Assembly (NCBI GenBank): GCA_963612015.1
Contig: CAVDTR010000002.1
Coordinates: 75,179-139,178, forward strand
Length of the DNA: 64,000 nt
Source of the DNA: Lachnospiraceae bacterium
Lineage (GTDB): Bacteria > Bacillota > Clostridia > Lachnospirales > Lachnospiraceae
Direction: 5' to 3'
The position numbers and the translations under genes were made by a program. Each line of letters begins with the position of its first letter. The stretch's first letter is position 1. Below are positions 34,884-45,256 of this stretch, piece after piece. The notes under the pieces were generated by a model. It had not been told where the DNA came from. It did no database searches and was given only the letters and a program-made list of their open reading frames with translations.

Positions 34884-35503
34884 TATGCATACACCTCCTC
34901 GATTGTTGCAACAGCAGCCTTGGTAACTACTACTGTATCATACTTTAATGCATCAAATACATTAAGCTCGTTGGTCTGAGCAGTCTTTACAGTCGGAATA
35001 TTTGCTGCAGATGCGATCACGTTCTCGTTCATGTCATCTAATACAACAAGTGCCTTCTCAACCTTAAGGTTGTTCATAACCTCAACAAACTTCTTTGTCT
35101 TGATCTCATCTAACTTGAGTTCGTCAACTACTACGAACTTTCCGTCTGCTACCTTTGAAGTCAATACAGACTTAAGAGCAGCTCTCTTCTCTTTCTTGTT
35201 AAGCTTGAAAGAGTAATCTCTCGGTACTGGAGCGAAAACAACTCCGCCGCCGGTCCACTGTGGAGATCTTGTTGAACCCTGTCTTGCATGACCGGTTCCC
35301 TTCTGCTTCCACGGTTTTCTTCCGCCTCCGGATACTTCAGAACGTGTCTTTGCTTTCTGAGTTCCCTGACGGTTATTTGCAAGCTGCTGAAGAACAGCCA
35401 TGTGAACTAAATGCTCATTTACTTCTACGCCGAAAATGGAATCGTTTAATTCGATAGAATCAACTTCTTTGCCTTCCATGTTATATACAGCTACTTTAGC
35501 CAT
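34883..35503 (-). CDS. rplD: 50S ribosomal protein uL4
   Basis: [15 protein letters not shown]. Confidence 0.99.
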   Translation of the reverse strand: MAKVAVYNMEGKEVDSIELNDSIFGVEVNEHLVHMAVLQQLANNRQGTQKAKTRSEVSGGGRKPWKQKGTGHARQGSTRSPQWTGGGVVFAPVPRDYSFKLNKKEKRAALKSVLTSKVADGKFVVVDELKLDEIKTKKFVEVMNNLKVEKALVVLDDMNENVIASAANIPTVKTAQTNELNVFDALKYDTVVVTKAAVATIEEVYA

Positions 35504-35531
35504 CGTAAAGTTCCTCCTTTCTTATTTCGCA

Positions 35532-36215
35532 CTATTTACCTGACTTAGTGGTTTCTTTTACTGTGATAAGAGCCTTCTTAGCTCCCGGTACAGCACCCTT
35601 GATCAAAAGCAGGTTGTTCTCTGCGTCAACTCTTACAACTTCAAGATTCTGAGTTGTAACCTTTACGCTGCCCATATGTCCAGGCATTCCTTTTCCCTTG
35701 AATACACGGCTTGGTGAAGAACATGCACCGTTGGAACCCTGATGACGATGGAACTTAGAACCATGAGCCATAGGTCCTCTGTGCTGGCCTAATCTCTTAA
35801 TAGCGCCCTGGAAACCTTTACCCTTTGAAATAGCAGTTACGTCTACCTTGTCTCCCTCAGCAAAGATATCAGCCTTGATCTCATCTGCTAAGTTGTAGTC
35901 CTCTGCATTCTCAAATCTGAACTCGCGTACAAATCTCTTTCCGGAAACGCCTGCCTTGGCAAAGTGTCCCATCTGAGCCTTGTTTACGCCATGTCTGTTT
36001 TTGATTTCTTTCTTGCCGGCTGCATCCTTTGCGACAACCTTTTCCTTCTTGTCTACGAATCCAACCTGTACTGCGCTGTATCCGTCGTTCTCAACTGTCT
36101 TAACCTGTGTTACTACACATGGTCCAGCCTGAAGAACAGTAACCGGTACTAATACGCCGTCTGCATTGAAGATTTGAGTCATTCCGACTTTTGTTGCTAA
36201 AATCGCTTTCTTCAT
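35532..36215 (-). CDS. rplC: 50S ribosomal protein uL3 (with insertion)
   Basis: [20 protein letters not shown]. Confidence 0.99.
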   Translation of the reverse strand: MKKAILATKVGMTQIFNADGVLVPVTVLQAGPCVVTQVKTVENDGYSAVQVGFVDKKEKVVAKDAAGKKEIKNRHGVNKAQMGHFAKAGVSGKRFVREFRFENAEDYNLADEIKADIFAEGDKVDVTAISKGKGFQGAIKRLGQHRGPMAHGSKFHRHQGSNGACSSPSRVFKGKGMPGHMGSVKVTTQNLEVVRVDAENNLLLIKGAVPGAKKALITVKETTKSGK

Positions 36216-36350
36216 TGTTTTACCTCCTGTTTTCTACAGCGGAACGCTTTTGCGTTCATCCTAGAGCAGTCAATATAGCTTCTATATTAAACCATTCAGG
36301 GATATTTCTTAATTTGTTTTCCTTATAATAAGGAATGTTTGCTCTGAGAA

Positions 36351-36668
36351 TTACTTCTCTTTCATTTTGATATCGATGTAAACACCAGCTGGCATCTCAA
36401 GACGTGATAAAGCATCAACCGTCTTCTGGGTTGGTGTAATGATATCGATGAGTCTCTTATGAGTTCTCTGCTCGAACTGCTCACGGGAATCTTTGTACTT
36501 GTGAGTTGCTCTTAAGATCGTAACCACTTCCCTCTTAGTCGGAAGAGGTACCGGTCCGCTCACCTGTGATCCGTTCTTCTTTACAGTCTCGATGATTTTC
36601 TTTGCGGATGAATCTACTAATTCGTGATCATACGCCTTGAGAGTGATTCTCATTACTTGACTTGCCAT
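36351..36668 (-). CDS. rpsJ: 30S ribosomal protein uS10
   Basis: [19 protein letters not shown]. Confidence 0.99.
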   Translation of the reverse strand: MASQVMRITLKAYDHELVDSSAKKIIETVKKNGSQVSGPVPLPTKREVVTILRATHKYKDSREQFEQRTHKRLIDIITPTQKTVDALSRLEMPAGVYIDIKMKEK

Positions 36669-36915
36669 AAAAAAAGCCGCCTCCTTTTCGCACTTAAAAT
36701 TTCAGTACGACAAGTGGTGACTGTACACTTCTCCGTGTGTGTCCTGCTTAAGAAACATGCCATATCTCTCTTGCTATCTTCACACGTTGTTTCTACCTTA
36801 TGTAGACGATGTTTGTACAGTGACTTGCCGTCAGTTTCCTAACTTGACATTCGCTCCACGGAAAACCTGCCACGAGGGCAGCAACCTCACGCTTCATAGC
36901 TATCATGCCACAGCA
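36669..36915 (-). promoter_or_regulatory. S10-operon structured leader RNA (candidate Clostridia S10 r-leader)
   Basis: About 245-nt leader containing TGAAGCGTGAGGTTGCTGCC..GGCAGGTTTTCCGTGGAG..GGAAACTGACGGCAAGTCA, downstream of the promoter. Confidence 0.55.
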
Positions 36916-36921
36916 AAAGTT

Positions 36922-36950
36922 ATTATACATTCCTACAAAGCAAAAAGCAA
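36922..36950 (-). promoter_or_regulatory. sigma-A promoter of the S10 operon
   Basis: TTGCTT-17-TATAAT with AT-rich upstream tract. Confidence 0.75.
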
Positions 36951-37026
36951 GCACTTTTTACAAATTTTTGCAAAAAATTTTGTTACTATTTTTATTACTA
37001 TTTTTTATCCGAAAAAGCATTTCCGA

Positions 37027-37060
37027 AAAAACTCCCTACGGACACTTCCGTAAGGAGGGT
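37027..37060 (-). terminator. terminator after the 119-aa ORF
   Basis: CTCCCTACGGA/TCCGTAAGGAG stem plus T-run. Confidence 0.7.
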
Positions 37061-37074
37061 TGTGTGATTGCTTA

Positions 37075-37434
37075 TTATTTGCTTGTCTTGATCGTAACTA
37101 CCTTACTGTAAGCTCCGTTGTAGTTCTTTCCAGCCTTCAATACAGCACGAACCTTGAACTTGTAAGAGGTGTTCTTTGACAGATCCTTCACGCGGGCACT
37201 GTTGACAGCTCCCTTTGTGGTTGCAACCAGTGTGTACTCTCCTGATCCGGTATCCTTCTTTGTAACGACCTTACCGCTTAACTTGTTGTACTTTGCGGCA
37301 AGGTTATATGTAATGTTTCCCTTCAAAGATGCGTCTAAGAACAGGATCTCCTTCTGTGCGTAAGTCACATTATCGATCATGGCAAGTGCAAGAACTGCAG
37401 TCAGACCCTTTTTTACAATACTTTGAAACTTCAT
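37075..37434 (-). pseudogene. internally deleted secreted/surface protein (partial signal peptide plus C-terminal FN3 half-domain)
   Basis: Strong RBS AAGGAGG. MKFQSIVKKGLTAVLALAM ends abruptly. C-terminus LSKNTSYKFKVRA...YGAYSKVVTIKT is FN3-like but lacks the first strands. Confidence 0.5.
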
Positions 37435-37626
37435 TTTTCCCTCCTTATGTATCGCATTGTCCCTTTGGGGGAATTACTCTACGACCGATGCCTCTTTAGT
37501 ACAAAGCATATCCGTATGTAAAGAGGTATCAGTTTATCTAGTAAAACCCGCCACTTTATGTTAAAATCCTATCAAATAGATTAACGAACAAATTGCTATA
37601 ATAATATAGAAGAAAGAGGTTTTAAC

Positions 37627-38517
37627 ATGTGGATAGCTGATCGCTGGAAAGATTATTGCGTCATTGATTGCTCCGCCGGAGAAAAATTAGAGCACTGGGG
37701 ACCATATACGCTGGTTCGCCCGGATCCGCAGGTCATCTGGGACACCCCAAAGACTGACAAGGGCTGGAAGAAAATGAACGGACATTATCACAGAAGCGCC
37801 AAGGGCGGAGGCGAGTGGGAGTTTTTTGATTTGCCGCAGGAATGGACCATTCACTACGAGCTTCCTATCGGAAAAGAGCTTACATTTCATTTGAAGCCAT
37901 TCAGCTTTAAGCACACCGGACTGTTCCCGGAGCAGGCAACCAACTGGGACTGGTTCTCCAGGAAGATTGCCGATGTAAAAGAAAAGAACCCTGATCGTGA
38001 GATCAAGGTCTTAAATCTGTTCGCCTACACCGGCGGTGCCACACTTGCAGCGGCAGCGGCGGGCGCAAGCGTCACGCACGTTGATGCCTCAAAGGGCATG
38101 GTCACCTGGGCAAAGGAAAATGCGATCTCCTCCGGTCTGGGCGAAGCTCCGATCCGCTGGCTGGTCGATGACTGTGTTAAGTTCGTTGAGCGCGAGATCC
38201 GCCGCGGCAATCACTACGATGCGATCATCATGGATCCGCCATCCTACGGCAGAGGTCCAAAGGGCGAGATCTGGAAGATCGAGGAATCTGTTTATCCGCT
38301 TGTGCAGCTTTGCACACAGCTTCTGACCAAACAGCCGTTATTCTTCCTAATCAATTCCTACACCACCGGTTTGCAGCCGGCAGTGCTTACCTATATGATA
38401 AGTACCGCCCTCAAGGACTTCAACGGAACCGTAAGCGCCGAGGAGATCGGGCTTCCGGTTACCTCCAACGGTCTTGTCCTCCCGTGCGGAGCCAGCGGCC
38501 GCTTTGAAGGCAGATAA
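37627..38517 (+). CDS. class I SAM-dependent methyltransferase (RlmI/RlmK-like family)
   Basis: TGLFPEQ, VLNLFAYTGG, IIMDPPSYG. Confidence 0.88.
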   Translation: MWIADRWKDYCVIDCSAGEKLEHWGPYTLVRPDPQVIWDTPKTDKGWKKMNGHYHRSAKGGGEWEFFDLPQEWTIHYELPIGKELTFHLKPFSFKHTGLFPEQATNWDWFSRKIADVKEKNPDREIKVLNLFAYTGGATLAAAAAGASVTHVDASKGMVTWAKENAISSGLGEAPIRWLVDDCVKFVEREIRRGNHYDAIIMDPPSYGRGPKGEIWKIEESVYPLVQLCTQLLTKQPLFFLINSYTTGLQPAVLTYMISTALKDFNGTVSAEEIGLPVTSNGLVLPCGASGRFEGR

Positions 38518-38520
38518 GCG

Positions 38521-39693
38521 CTACAAGCCACGGCTTAATTTATAGATGTTCTTGTCGGAAATAAAATTCGCTACATTATATAATACCAACACATCCGTGA
38601 TCTGGTTTTCTTCTATATAAGAAGTCATATCTCCACTGTAATAACGCAGGTCGATCATATAGAGGTTATCATAGTCCTCTATCAGAAACGGAACAAAGGC
38701 ATTGGCAAAGGAATCTTTTATAATAAGAAGGTTTCCTTTGCCATTTTTTTCGGTGTGCTCGATGCGGACCTCGCCATAATTCCCGCCGAAAAAGTAAGCA
38801 TATTTATCCTTCTTATCCAGATATTCCTCCTGATAGATCCCATCCAGATTTTTCCCGTCCGCAGTTATGCTATATCCATCTAGCTGCGCAGACGCAAGTT
38901 CCTCTACCGTCGAAATCCACTGCATAATCTCGATCGAGTCATAGACAGAATCATAATCGAGGATCTTTGAATATAAGCTGCCGCGGAAAGAATCGGACAC
39001 CTGTTTTACCTCGTAATCATCCTCGCGTCGGACGGTATGTCCTGTCTTGCCGCACCAGTCTTGATATGCAAGAAACGCGCCGCGCGTTGTCCAGTGGTGG
39101 TCTGTGTGGTAATAGACACCCTCCTGTGCATGTTCCCGCAGCACCTCCTCCGGCGAGATAAAATTGTACCCGCTCATTGCCTCTGCAATGCGTTCAATAT
39201 ACGCGCGCTGGTCAAACAAGATCGCGTGATCCGGAAGCTTCTTCTCAAGTACCAGCCCGGAGGTCGGCACCAGCATAAAGGAAAGCCGCTTTTCATCTAT
39301 GGTTGCCGAACAGTATTCCAGATAATCCGTAACTGCCGCAATATTACGTTCTACCAGTGTATCGTCCACATCCTCCGGAAGGATCTTCTCGAAGTCGTAC
39401 CCGTCCTTGCCGATGTACGCCCCGCCGATATCGGTGTCCCCACACAGCTTTTCAACCACCGTCTTTACCGTGATCCAGCCGTCCCTCTGCCAGATCTGGT
39501 CGTTAAGATACGTCTCCAGCTTGTCCTGAAAATCACCCGACCAGAAATCCGCCCACGAAAACTTTGGCACAGATGCCAGATATCTATTTTCATTTTCCGA
39601 GAAATCGTGATCCTTTGTAAGAATGCCCGCCAGACTGATCCCCGCACACAGTGCGATAAATGCAATGCCAATTCCAATACCTTGTCTCTTCAC
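38521..39693 (-). CDS. DHHW-family (AlgJ/PatB-like) O-acetylation protein
   Basis: FSENENRYL, YYHTDHHWT, KDSFAN, N-terminal TM. GTG start after AGGAGG. Confidence 0.88.
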   Translation of the reverse strand: MKRQGIGIGIAFIALCAGISLAGILTKDHDFSENENRYLASVPKFSWADFWSGDFQDKLETYLNDQIWQRDGWITVKTVVEKLCGDTDIGGAYIGKDGYDFEKILPEDVDDTLVERNIAAVTDYLEYCSATIDEKRLSFMLVPTSGLVLEKKLPDHAILFDQRAYIERIAEAMSGYNFISPEEVLREHAQEGVYYHTDHHWTTRGAFLAYQDWCGKTGHTVRREDDYEVKQVSDSFRGSLYSKILDYDSVYDSIEIMQWISTVEELASAQLDGYSITADGKNLDGIYQEEYLDKKDKYAYFFGGNYGEVRIEHTEKNGKGNLLIIKDSFANAFVPFLIEDYDNLYMIDLRYYSGDMTSYIEENQITDVLVLYNVANFISDKNIYKLSRGL

Positions 39694-39703
39694 ATCACAC
39701 CTC

Positions 39704-41179
39704 CTAGAAACGGAAATACAAAAACGGATTGTAGCTGTCCCCAACCAGAAAAGCCAGCGACAGCCCGAACAACAGCAGCATGATCACAATTTTGACGATC
39801 TCTGCCAAAACTGCCGACCTGCTTTGCAGCCACGCCTGCACCTTGTCAAGCAGAGGCTTCCAGTTCAGTGAGCAGACGATCAGCACGACAAGAAGCACCG
39901 CATTGCAGGACAGATAATACAGGGCATCCCCGTTTGTAGAACCGACTCCGATACCGGCCATCGCTTTCAGGTAGCGGATCAATTCTCCAAAATCGGTCTG
40001 CGAAAAAATCACCCAGCCAATCACCACCAGAAGCATTGTGTACACATGCCCCCATACAGATTGCAGAATATTCTGCACGGTCGTGCCGCTTTTTCCGCCC
40101 CCATCCCCGGTGTCGGCATTTCTGACTGTTTTCTCCTTCCAGACAGAAACTAAGATCTTTTCCAGCATAAGAAGCAGACCGTAATAGAGTCCCCACAGCA
40201 CAAAGTTCCAGCTCGCGCCATGCCACAGTCCCGTGAGTATCCATACGATAAGGATGTTCCGGCTCTGTACTGCAAGTCCTCGCCGGTTGCCGCCAAGCGG
40301 AATGTACACATACTCGCGGAACCATGAACTCAGGCTGATGTGCCATCTGCGCCAAAATTCTGTAACGCTCTTAGAGATGTACGGATGGTCAAAATTTTCC
40401 AGAAAATGAAATCCGAACATTCTGCCAAGCCCGATCGCCATATCCGAATATCCCGAAAAGTCGAAGTAGATCTGGAACGTGTACGCGACCGCCCCAAGCC
40501 ACGCCGAAGCCGTTGTAAGCTGCGCGCTCGCGGATATCTGTGTATACAAAGCCCCGATCTGGTTCGCAAGGATTACCTTTTTCGCCAGACCGACCGTGAA
40601 ACGGAATGCGCCATAAGAGAAATCCGCCCACGATTCCGTCCTGCTCCGCAGCTCCTCGCCGATCGTCTTGTACTGCACGATCGGTCCGGCGATCAACTGT
40701 GGAAAGAGCGTCACATAAGTGCCGAAGTCCAGAATATTTTTCTGCGCCGAGGCAACACCCCGGTACACATCGATCGTGTACGACATCGTCTGGAAGGTGT
40801 AGAAGGAAATCCCAATCGGAAGCGCGATCCGAAGCAGGGACAGTCCTGCCCCGCTGATCGAGTTGATCGTCCCGATGAAAAAGTCCGTATACTTGAAAAA
40901 GCCAAGGATCGCAAGATTGCCACATATATCCACGACAAGCGCCGCCTTCGCCCGCTTTTGGAATCCCCTGCCCTTCCAGTAGTAGATCAGTCGCCCGTTT
41001 GTGTAATCAAACACGGTGGAAAACAGCATGATCCATACATATCTCGGCTCGCCCCACGCATAGAAGATAAGGCTCGCCGCAAACAGCACCAGATTGCGTC
41101 CGCGCTTCGGGCATATATAATATAGAAGTAATACGATTGGCAGGAATGCAAACAAGAATACAAAACTGCTAAATACCAT
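39704..41179 (-). CDS. MBOAT O-acyltransferase (AlgI/PatA/DltB-like)
   Basis: LPIGISFYTFQ, FPQLIAGPI, DFSGYSD, FWRRWHISL, GLWHGA, PFLYFRF. Confidence 0.95.
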   Translation of the reverse strand: MVFSSFVFLFAFLPIVLLLYYICPKRGRNLVLFAASLIFYAWGEPRYVWIMLFSTVFDYTNGRLIYYWKGRGFQKRAKAALVVDICGNLAILGFFKYTDFFIGTINSISGAGLSLLRIALPIGISFYTFQTMSYTIDVYRGVASAQKNILDFGTYVTLFPQLIAGPIVQYKTIGEELRSRTESWADFSYGAFRFTVGLAKKVILANQIGALYTQISASAQLTTASAWLGAVAYTFQIYFDFSGYSDMAIGLGRMFGFHFLENFDHPYISKSVTEFWRRWHISLSSWFREYVYIPLGGNRRGLAVQSRNILIVWILTGLWHGASWNFVLWGLYYGLLLMLEKILVSVWKEKTVRNADTGDGGGKSGTTVQNILQSVWGHVYTMLLVVIGWVIFSQTDFGELIRYLKAMAGIGVGSTNGDALYYLSCNAVLLVVLIVCSLNWKPLLDKVQAWLQSRSAVLAEIVKIVIMLLLFGLSLAFLVGDSYNPFLYFRF

Positions 41180-41215
41180 AAGCGTTCTCCGTTTCCTTTC
41201 TATGCGTAAAGCCGC

Positions 41216-41240
41216 AAAAAATTTCCCATAAAGTAGAAAA
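41216..41240. repeat. dispersed terminator-adjacent element, copy 2 (degenerate half)
   Basis: AAAAAATTTCCCATAAAGTAGAA, 19/23 match to the right arm at 50235-50257. Abuts the hairpin at 41237-41273. Confidence 0.55.
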
Positions 41241-41287
41241 AAGGTGTCCCGTGATAAGCGTTGAACACCTTTTGTCTGTCTGTTTTA

Positions 41288-41752
41288 CTATTTAAATTGA
41301 TCTTCTACAATCTGCTTTGCCGTATCAGTCTGCGCGGATACGCAAAAAACTGCGTAGCGCCCCTTCTGTACCACAAGTGCATCATCGATGCGCTTTGCCT
41401 CCTCCGGCAGATAGTCCGCAAAAGAGCTTCTCTGGGCTTGCAGATATTCTTTGATATTCGCAAGCATGGTCGCTGCCGCGTCCTTGTCCGGCGCTTCAAA
41501 TACGGCGATCTCCTCCGAGGTGCTGCCAGAGCTGATATACATCACACCGCTCACGCCATCCGCAAGCGTGATGTAATACCCGATCTCGTCCTGCGGCAAT
41601 TCGCTTAACACCTCTTCAAATTGAACGCCATCCTGTAATGCCTGTGCAACTGCCTTCACATCCGGCTCATTTCCCGGCTCATCCGAACCGCAGGCACCCA
41701 AAACGCCAACCGCCAGCACAACTGCCAGCACCATTGTCCAAATCTTCTTCAT
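41288..41752 (-). CDS. DUF4358-like lipoprotein
   Basis: Lipobox LGAC, EIAVF...F.DYLP.E...GRYA.FCVS, next to MBOAT/DHHW. Confidence 0.75.
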   Translation of the reverse strand: MKKIWTMVLAVVLAVGVLGACGSDEPGNEPDVKAVAQALQDGVQFEEVLSELPQDEIGYYITLADGVSGVMYISSGSTSEEIAVFEAPDKDAAATMLANIKEYLQAQRSSFADYLPEEAKRIDDALVVQKGRYAVFCVSAQTDTAKQIVEDQFK

Positions 41753-41765
41753 GCTCTCTCCGAAT

Positions 41766-42851
41766 CTATTTAATGTACTTCTCCTTCTGTGCACGAATCA
41801 GCTCAGTATCCTCGAAGTAATTGATCTGCATTGCACGCTTAACCTCTGCCAAGGTCTGTGCTGCAGTCTCTCTAGCGACATCGCTGCCCTTTTTCAAGAT
41901 CTCGTATACAGCAGGTATATCCTTCTCAAACTCTGCTCTTCTCACACGGATCGGCGCAAGCTCCTCCTGGATCACGTTGTTTAAGAACTTCTTGATCTTG
42001 ACATCTCCGAGTCCGCCGCGCTTGTAATGCTCCTTGAGTTCATCGAGGTTCTGGTACTCCGGAAGGTACTCTGCAAAGTGCTCTGGCTTGCTGAACGCAT
42101 CCAGATAGGTAAATACGCAGTTGCCCTCAATGTGTCCCGGATCAGATACCTGAATGTGTGTCGGATCGGTGTACATGTTCATGATCTTTTTCTTTACATC
42201 CTCCTCGGTATCTGCAAGATAAATGCAGTTGCCAAGGGACTTGCTCATTTTTGCCTTGCCATCCGTACCCGGCAGACGCATGCACGCCTCGTTCTCCGGA
42301 AGAAGCACCTCCGGCTCCACAAGCACTTCATCATAGATGGAGTTGAACTTGCGCACAATCTCTCTGGTCTGCTCGATCATCGGAAGCTGATCCTCACCTA
42401 CCGGAACGGTTGTTGCCTTAAATGCAGTGATATCGGCAGCCTGACTGATCGGGTATGTGAAAAATCCAACCGGAATGCTCGTCTCAAAGTTGCGCATCTG
42501 GATCTCGGATTTTACGGTAGGGTTACGCTGCAAGCGGGATACCGTAACGAGGTTGGAATAGAAAAATGTAAGCTCTGTAAGCTCGGAAACCTGAGACTGG
42601 ATAAACAGGTTGGACTTGGTTGGATCAAGTCCTACGGATAAATAATCCAGTGCTACCTCGATAATGTTCTGGCGCACCTTTTCCGGATTGTCAAAATTGT
42701 CCGTAAGCGCCTGCGCATCCGCGATCATAATATATATCTTGTCGAACTCGCCTGAGTTCTGCAGTTCAACACGGCGTCTGAGCGAGCCGACATAATGCCC
42801 TACATGCAGTCTGCCGGTTGGTCTGTCGCCTGTCAAAATAATCTTTTCCAT
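41766..42851 (-). CDS. trpS: tryptophan--tRNA ligase
   Basis: [25 protein letters not shown]. Confidence 0.98.
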   Translation of the reverse strand: MEKIILTGDRPTGRLHVGHYVGSLRRRVELQNSGEFDKIYIMIADAQALTDNFDNPEKVRQNIIEVALDYLSVGLDPTKSNLFIQSQVSELTELTFFYSNLVTVSRLQRNPTVKSEIQMRNFETSIPVGFFTYPISQAADITAFKATTVPVGEDQLPMIEQTREIVRKFNSIYDEVLVEPEVLLPENEACMRLPGTDGKAKMSKSLGNCIYLADTEEDVKKKIMNMYTDPTHIQVSDPGHIEGNCVFTYLDAFSKPEHFAEYLPEYQNLDELKEHYKRGGLGDVKIKKFLNNVIQEELAPIRVRRAEFEKDIPAVYEILKKGSDVARETAAQTLAEVKRAMQINYFEDTELIRAQKEKYIK

Positions 42852-42890
42852 TTTATTATTGCCTCCCTAAAGCCTGTCTATACATAAAAA

Positions 42891-43811
42891 CTATGAGTTG
42901 CTCATGGCACACAGCTCTGCCAGCATCTTCGGCAATTCTGTTTCCATATTCTCATCTGTGAACTGGCATGTGCCAACTGCCTTGTGTCCGCCGCCGTTGT
43001 ACTTAAGCATAAGGCTTCCGACATTGACATCGGAGGTACGATTCAAAATGCTATATCCAACTGCTGCCGAGCAGCCCTTGCCGCCTCTTCCGCTTACGAT
43101 CCACGCTGAGATATTCTGCTCCGGATACATGCTGTAAATCATGAAACGGTTGCAGGTATAGATCGGATCTACACCGCGAAGGTCTGTGATGATGACGTTT
43201 CCCTCTGTTCTGGTGTACTTGGTCACCATCTCCTTAAACTTCTCTGTCTGCTCGTTGTAGACCTCGATACGCTCTTTGATATCCGGCATTGCAAGGATCT
43301 CTTCAGTCGTCATCTCACGGCATGCAACAAGCAGCTTCTCCATAAGCTGATAATTGGAAATGGTAAAGTTGCGCCAGCGTCCAAGTCCGGTTCTTGGGTC
43401 CATCAGATAGCCGACTAAGATCCATCCGGTCGGATGAAGCACCTCATCGATCGTAAGGTTGCCGGAATCTACCTTGTCAACTGCCTCCATCAGATCATCA
43501 AACTGTGGAAAACGCTCTTTCCCACCGTAATATTCATAAATGATTCTCGCACAGGATGGCGTTACGCGGCTTTCTCCTTTGTATTTTCCCGCAAGTGCCA
43601 GACGCTCATGTTCACTGGAATGATGGTCGAACCAGAGTCCGCAGCCCTCCACATAAGGAACATTTGCCAGACAGTCATTCTCATTTACCTCTACCAGTCC
43701 GTCCTGCAGATCCTTCGGATGTGCAAACTTCCAGTTATCAACAATCCCTGCTTCCAATAAAAGTGCCCCACATGCAAGCCCGTCAAAATCCGAGCGAGTA
43801 ATCAATCTCAT
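42891..43811 (-). CDS. DHH-family phosphoesterase (exopolyphosphatase/NrnA-like)
   Basis: DFDG, FDHH, GGGH motifs. Confidence 0.85.
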   Translation of the reverse strand: MRLITRSDFDGLACGALLLEAGIVDNWKFAHPKDLQDGLVEVNENDCLANVPYVEGCGLWFDHHSSEHERLALAGKYKGESRVTPSCARIIYEYYGGKERFPQFDDLMEAVDKVDSGNLTIDEVLHPTGWILVGYLMDPRTGLGRWRNFTISNYQLMEKLLVACREMTTEEILAMPDIKERIEVYNEQTEKFKEMVTKYTRTEGNVIITDLRGVDPIYTCNRFMIYSMYPEQNISAWIVSGRGGKGCSAAVGYSILNRTSDVNVGSLMLKYNGGGHKAVGTCQFTDENMETELPKMLAELCAMSNS

Positions 43812-43999
43812 GTCTTTCTCCTCCGTACTTCCCGATCCATTTTTAAAATGGTCTATATATCCATTATAGGAAAATCCGCCGATTTTTCAACCATATCTTG
43901 GTCTGTTTCTCGAAAAGCGTCATGGTGTTCTTGCCAAGAAACGTCCGTTTTGTTATTCCTCTTCCTTCTGTTTGTCGGAGCATTCTGTTTTACGTTCCG

Positions 44000-45256
44000 T
44001 CACTGCTTTAAATACCCCTCATTATCAAACGCGATCCCAAACTCCTCCGAATAGGAATTGAGGTTCTTGATCGTCTCAGCCGCCTCGTCCCCCTCAAGGA
44101 TCACCGGGCTGTAATCATTCTTTGAGTTTTTCCCGGATAAACGGCACGGAATCGCCCGGATATCAGTCGTGTTTTCCTGCAATACCCCATCCACGAAAGT
44201 GAAGGTCTGCTGGAAGATCATGGAATCCTTCTCCTTTGGATTTTTGCTGCCGCCGTAGCAGAAGTTGCCCATACTGTATACAATATACTTGCCGTTGTAG
44301 CACTCGATTCCCTGAAGGACGTGCGGATGGCAGCCAAGCACCAGATCATACCCCTGATCAACGCACCATCTTCCTATCGTGTACTGGTCAGCCTCGATGA
44401 TGTGCGTCTTGTCGCCGCCCCAGTGTACCAGCGCAAACACAAGATCTGCGCCCTGCTCCCGAAGCTGCTTCAATCCATCTTCGAGGAACGTGTATACTGT
44501 ATTACCCTCGTAATACTCGTTTACGGACACGAATCCGATCTTGATTCCCTTTTCCGTCTCGTACATGCCGTACTTGTCACCCCACACACCGCTGATCGCA
44601 TAAGTAACTCCGGCATTTTCAAGCGTATCGATGGTGTCCTTTACGCCCTCCTCGTTGTAGTCCATGATGTGATTGTTGCCAAGGCTTACCACCTCGATGG
44701 AGCCCCGCGTCAGAATATCCACGTACTCCGGGCGCCCCTTGTGGTTCCACTCCTTGCTCGCTCTTATATCGGTGGATTCCGTCAGCACGCCCTCCAGATT
44801 TCCGATCGTGCAATCGTCCGCGGCAAACACATCCACCACGTTCTGCAGGAAATAGTCTACGCCATGGCTATCGTAGTAATCATCAAAAGAATCGTCATAC
44901 GAAGCTTTCTGGTTCCTTCCAAAGGTCAGATCGCCCACCGCGCTGATCGTGATCTCGATGACTTCCGGCTCCTGTGTCTCGGTTTCCGGTTGCGGTTGTT
45001 CAGTGGTGAGAGCTTGCTGTGCTTCCGTTTCTGAATCTGATAGCTGGGTTCCCAGTTCCGGTTCTGTGGTCTCCGTCTGCCAAGTGTGGATGTCTTGCTG
45101 TTGGACAGCATTACCTACCGAATCCATCGGATAAAAATAAATGGCAGCTCCTGCCGCAAGTCCCATCATTCCAACGACTGCTGCACATATCCCAAGCCGC
45201 TTGTGTTTATTGGTTGTTTTATTTTCTTGTCTTTTGCCCTGTTCGTTATTCTTCAT
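44000..45256 (-). CDS. CapA/PgsA-family metallophosphatase, membrane-anchored
   Basis: VGD, GNLE, GNNHIMDY, HWG, GCHPHVLQ, YSMGNF. Confidence 0.9.
   Translation of the reverse strand: MKNNEQGKRQENKTTNKHKRLGICAAVVGMMGLAAGAAIYFYPMDSVGNAVQQQDIHTWQTETTEPELGTQLSDSETEAQQALTTEQPQPETETQEPEVIEITISAVGDLTFGRNQKASYDDSFDDYYDSHGVDYFLQNVVDVFAADDCTIGNLEGVLTESTDIRASKEWNHKGRPEYVDILTRGSIEVVSLGNNHIMDYNEEGVKDTIDTLENAGVTYAISGVWGDKYGMYETEKGIKIGFVSVNEYYEGNTVYTFLEDGLKQLREQGADLVFALVHWGGDKTHIIEADQYTIGRWCVDQGYDLVLGCHPHVLQGIECYNGKYIVYSMGNFCYGGSKNPKEKDSMIFQQTFTFVDGVLQENTTDIRAIPCRLSGKNSKNDYSPVILEGDEAAETIKNLNSYSEEFGIAFDNEGYLKQ

Noticed and set aside
42852..42890. T-box leader for trpS
   Set aside because: Only 39 nt lie upstream and there is no T-box motif.
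43862..43875. CATTATAGGAAAAT as another copy of the dispersed element
   Set aside because: It matches 14 nt of copy 1 but has no adjacent terminator and is explained as the -10 of the DHH gene promoter (TTGAAA-16-TATAAT).
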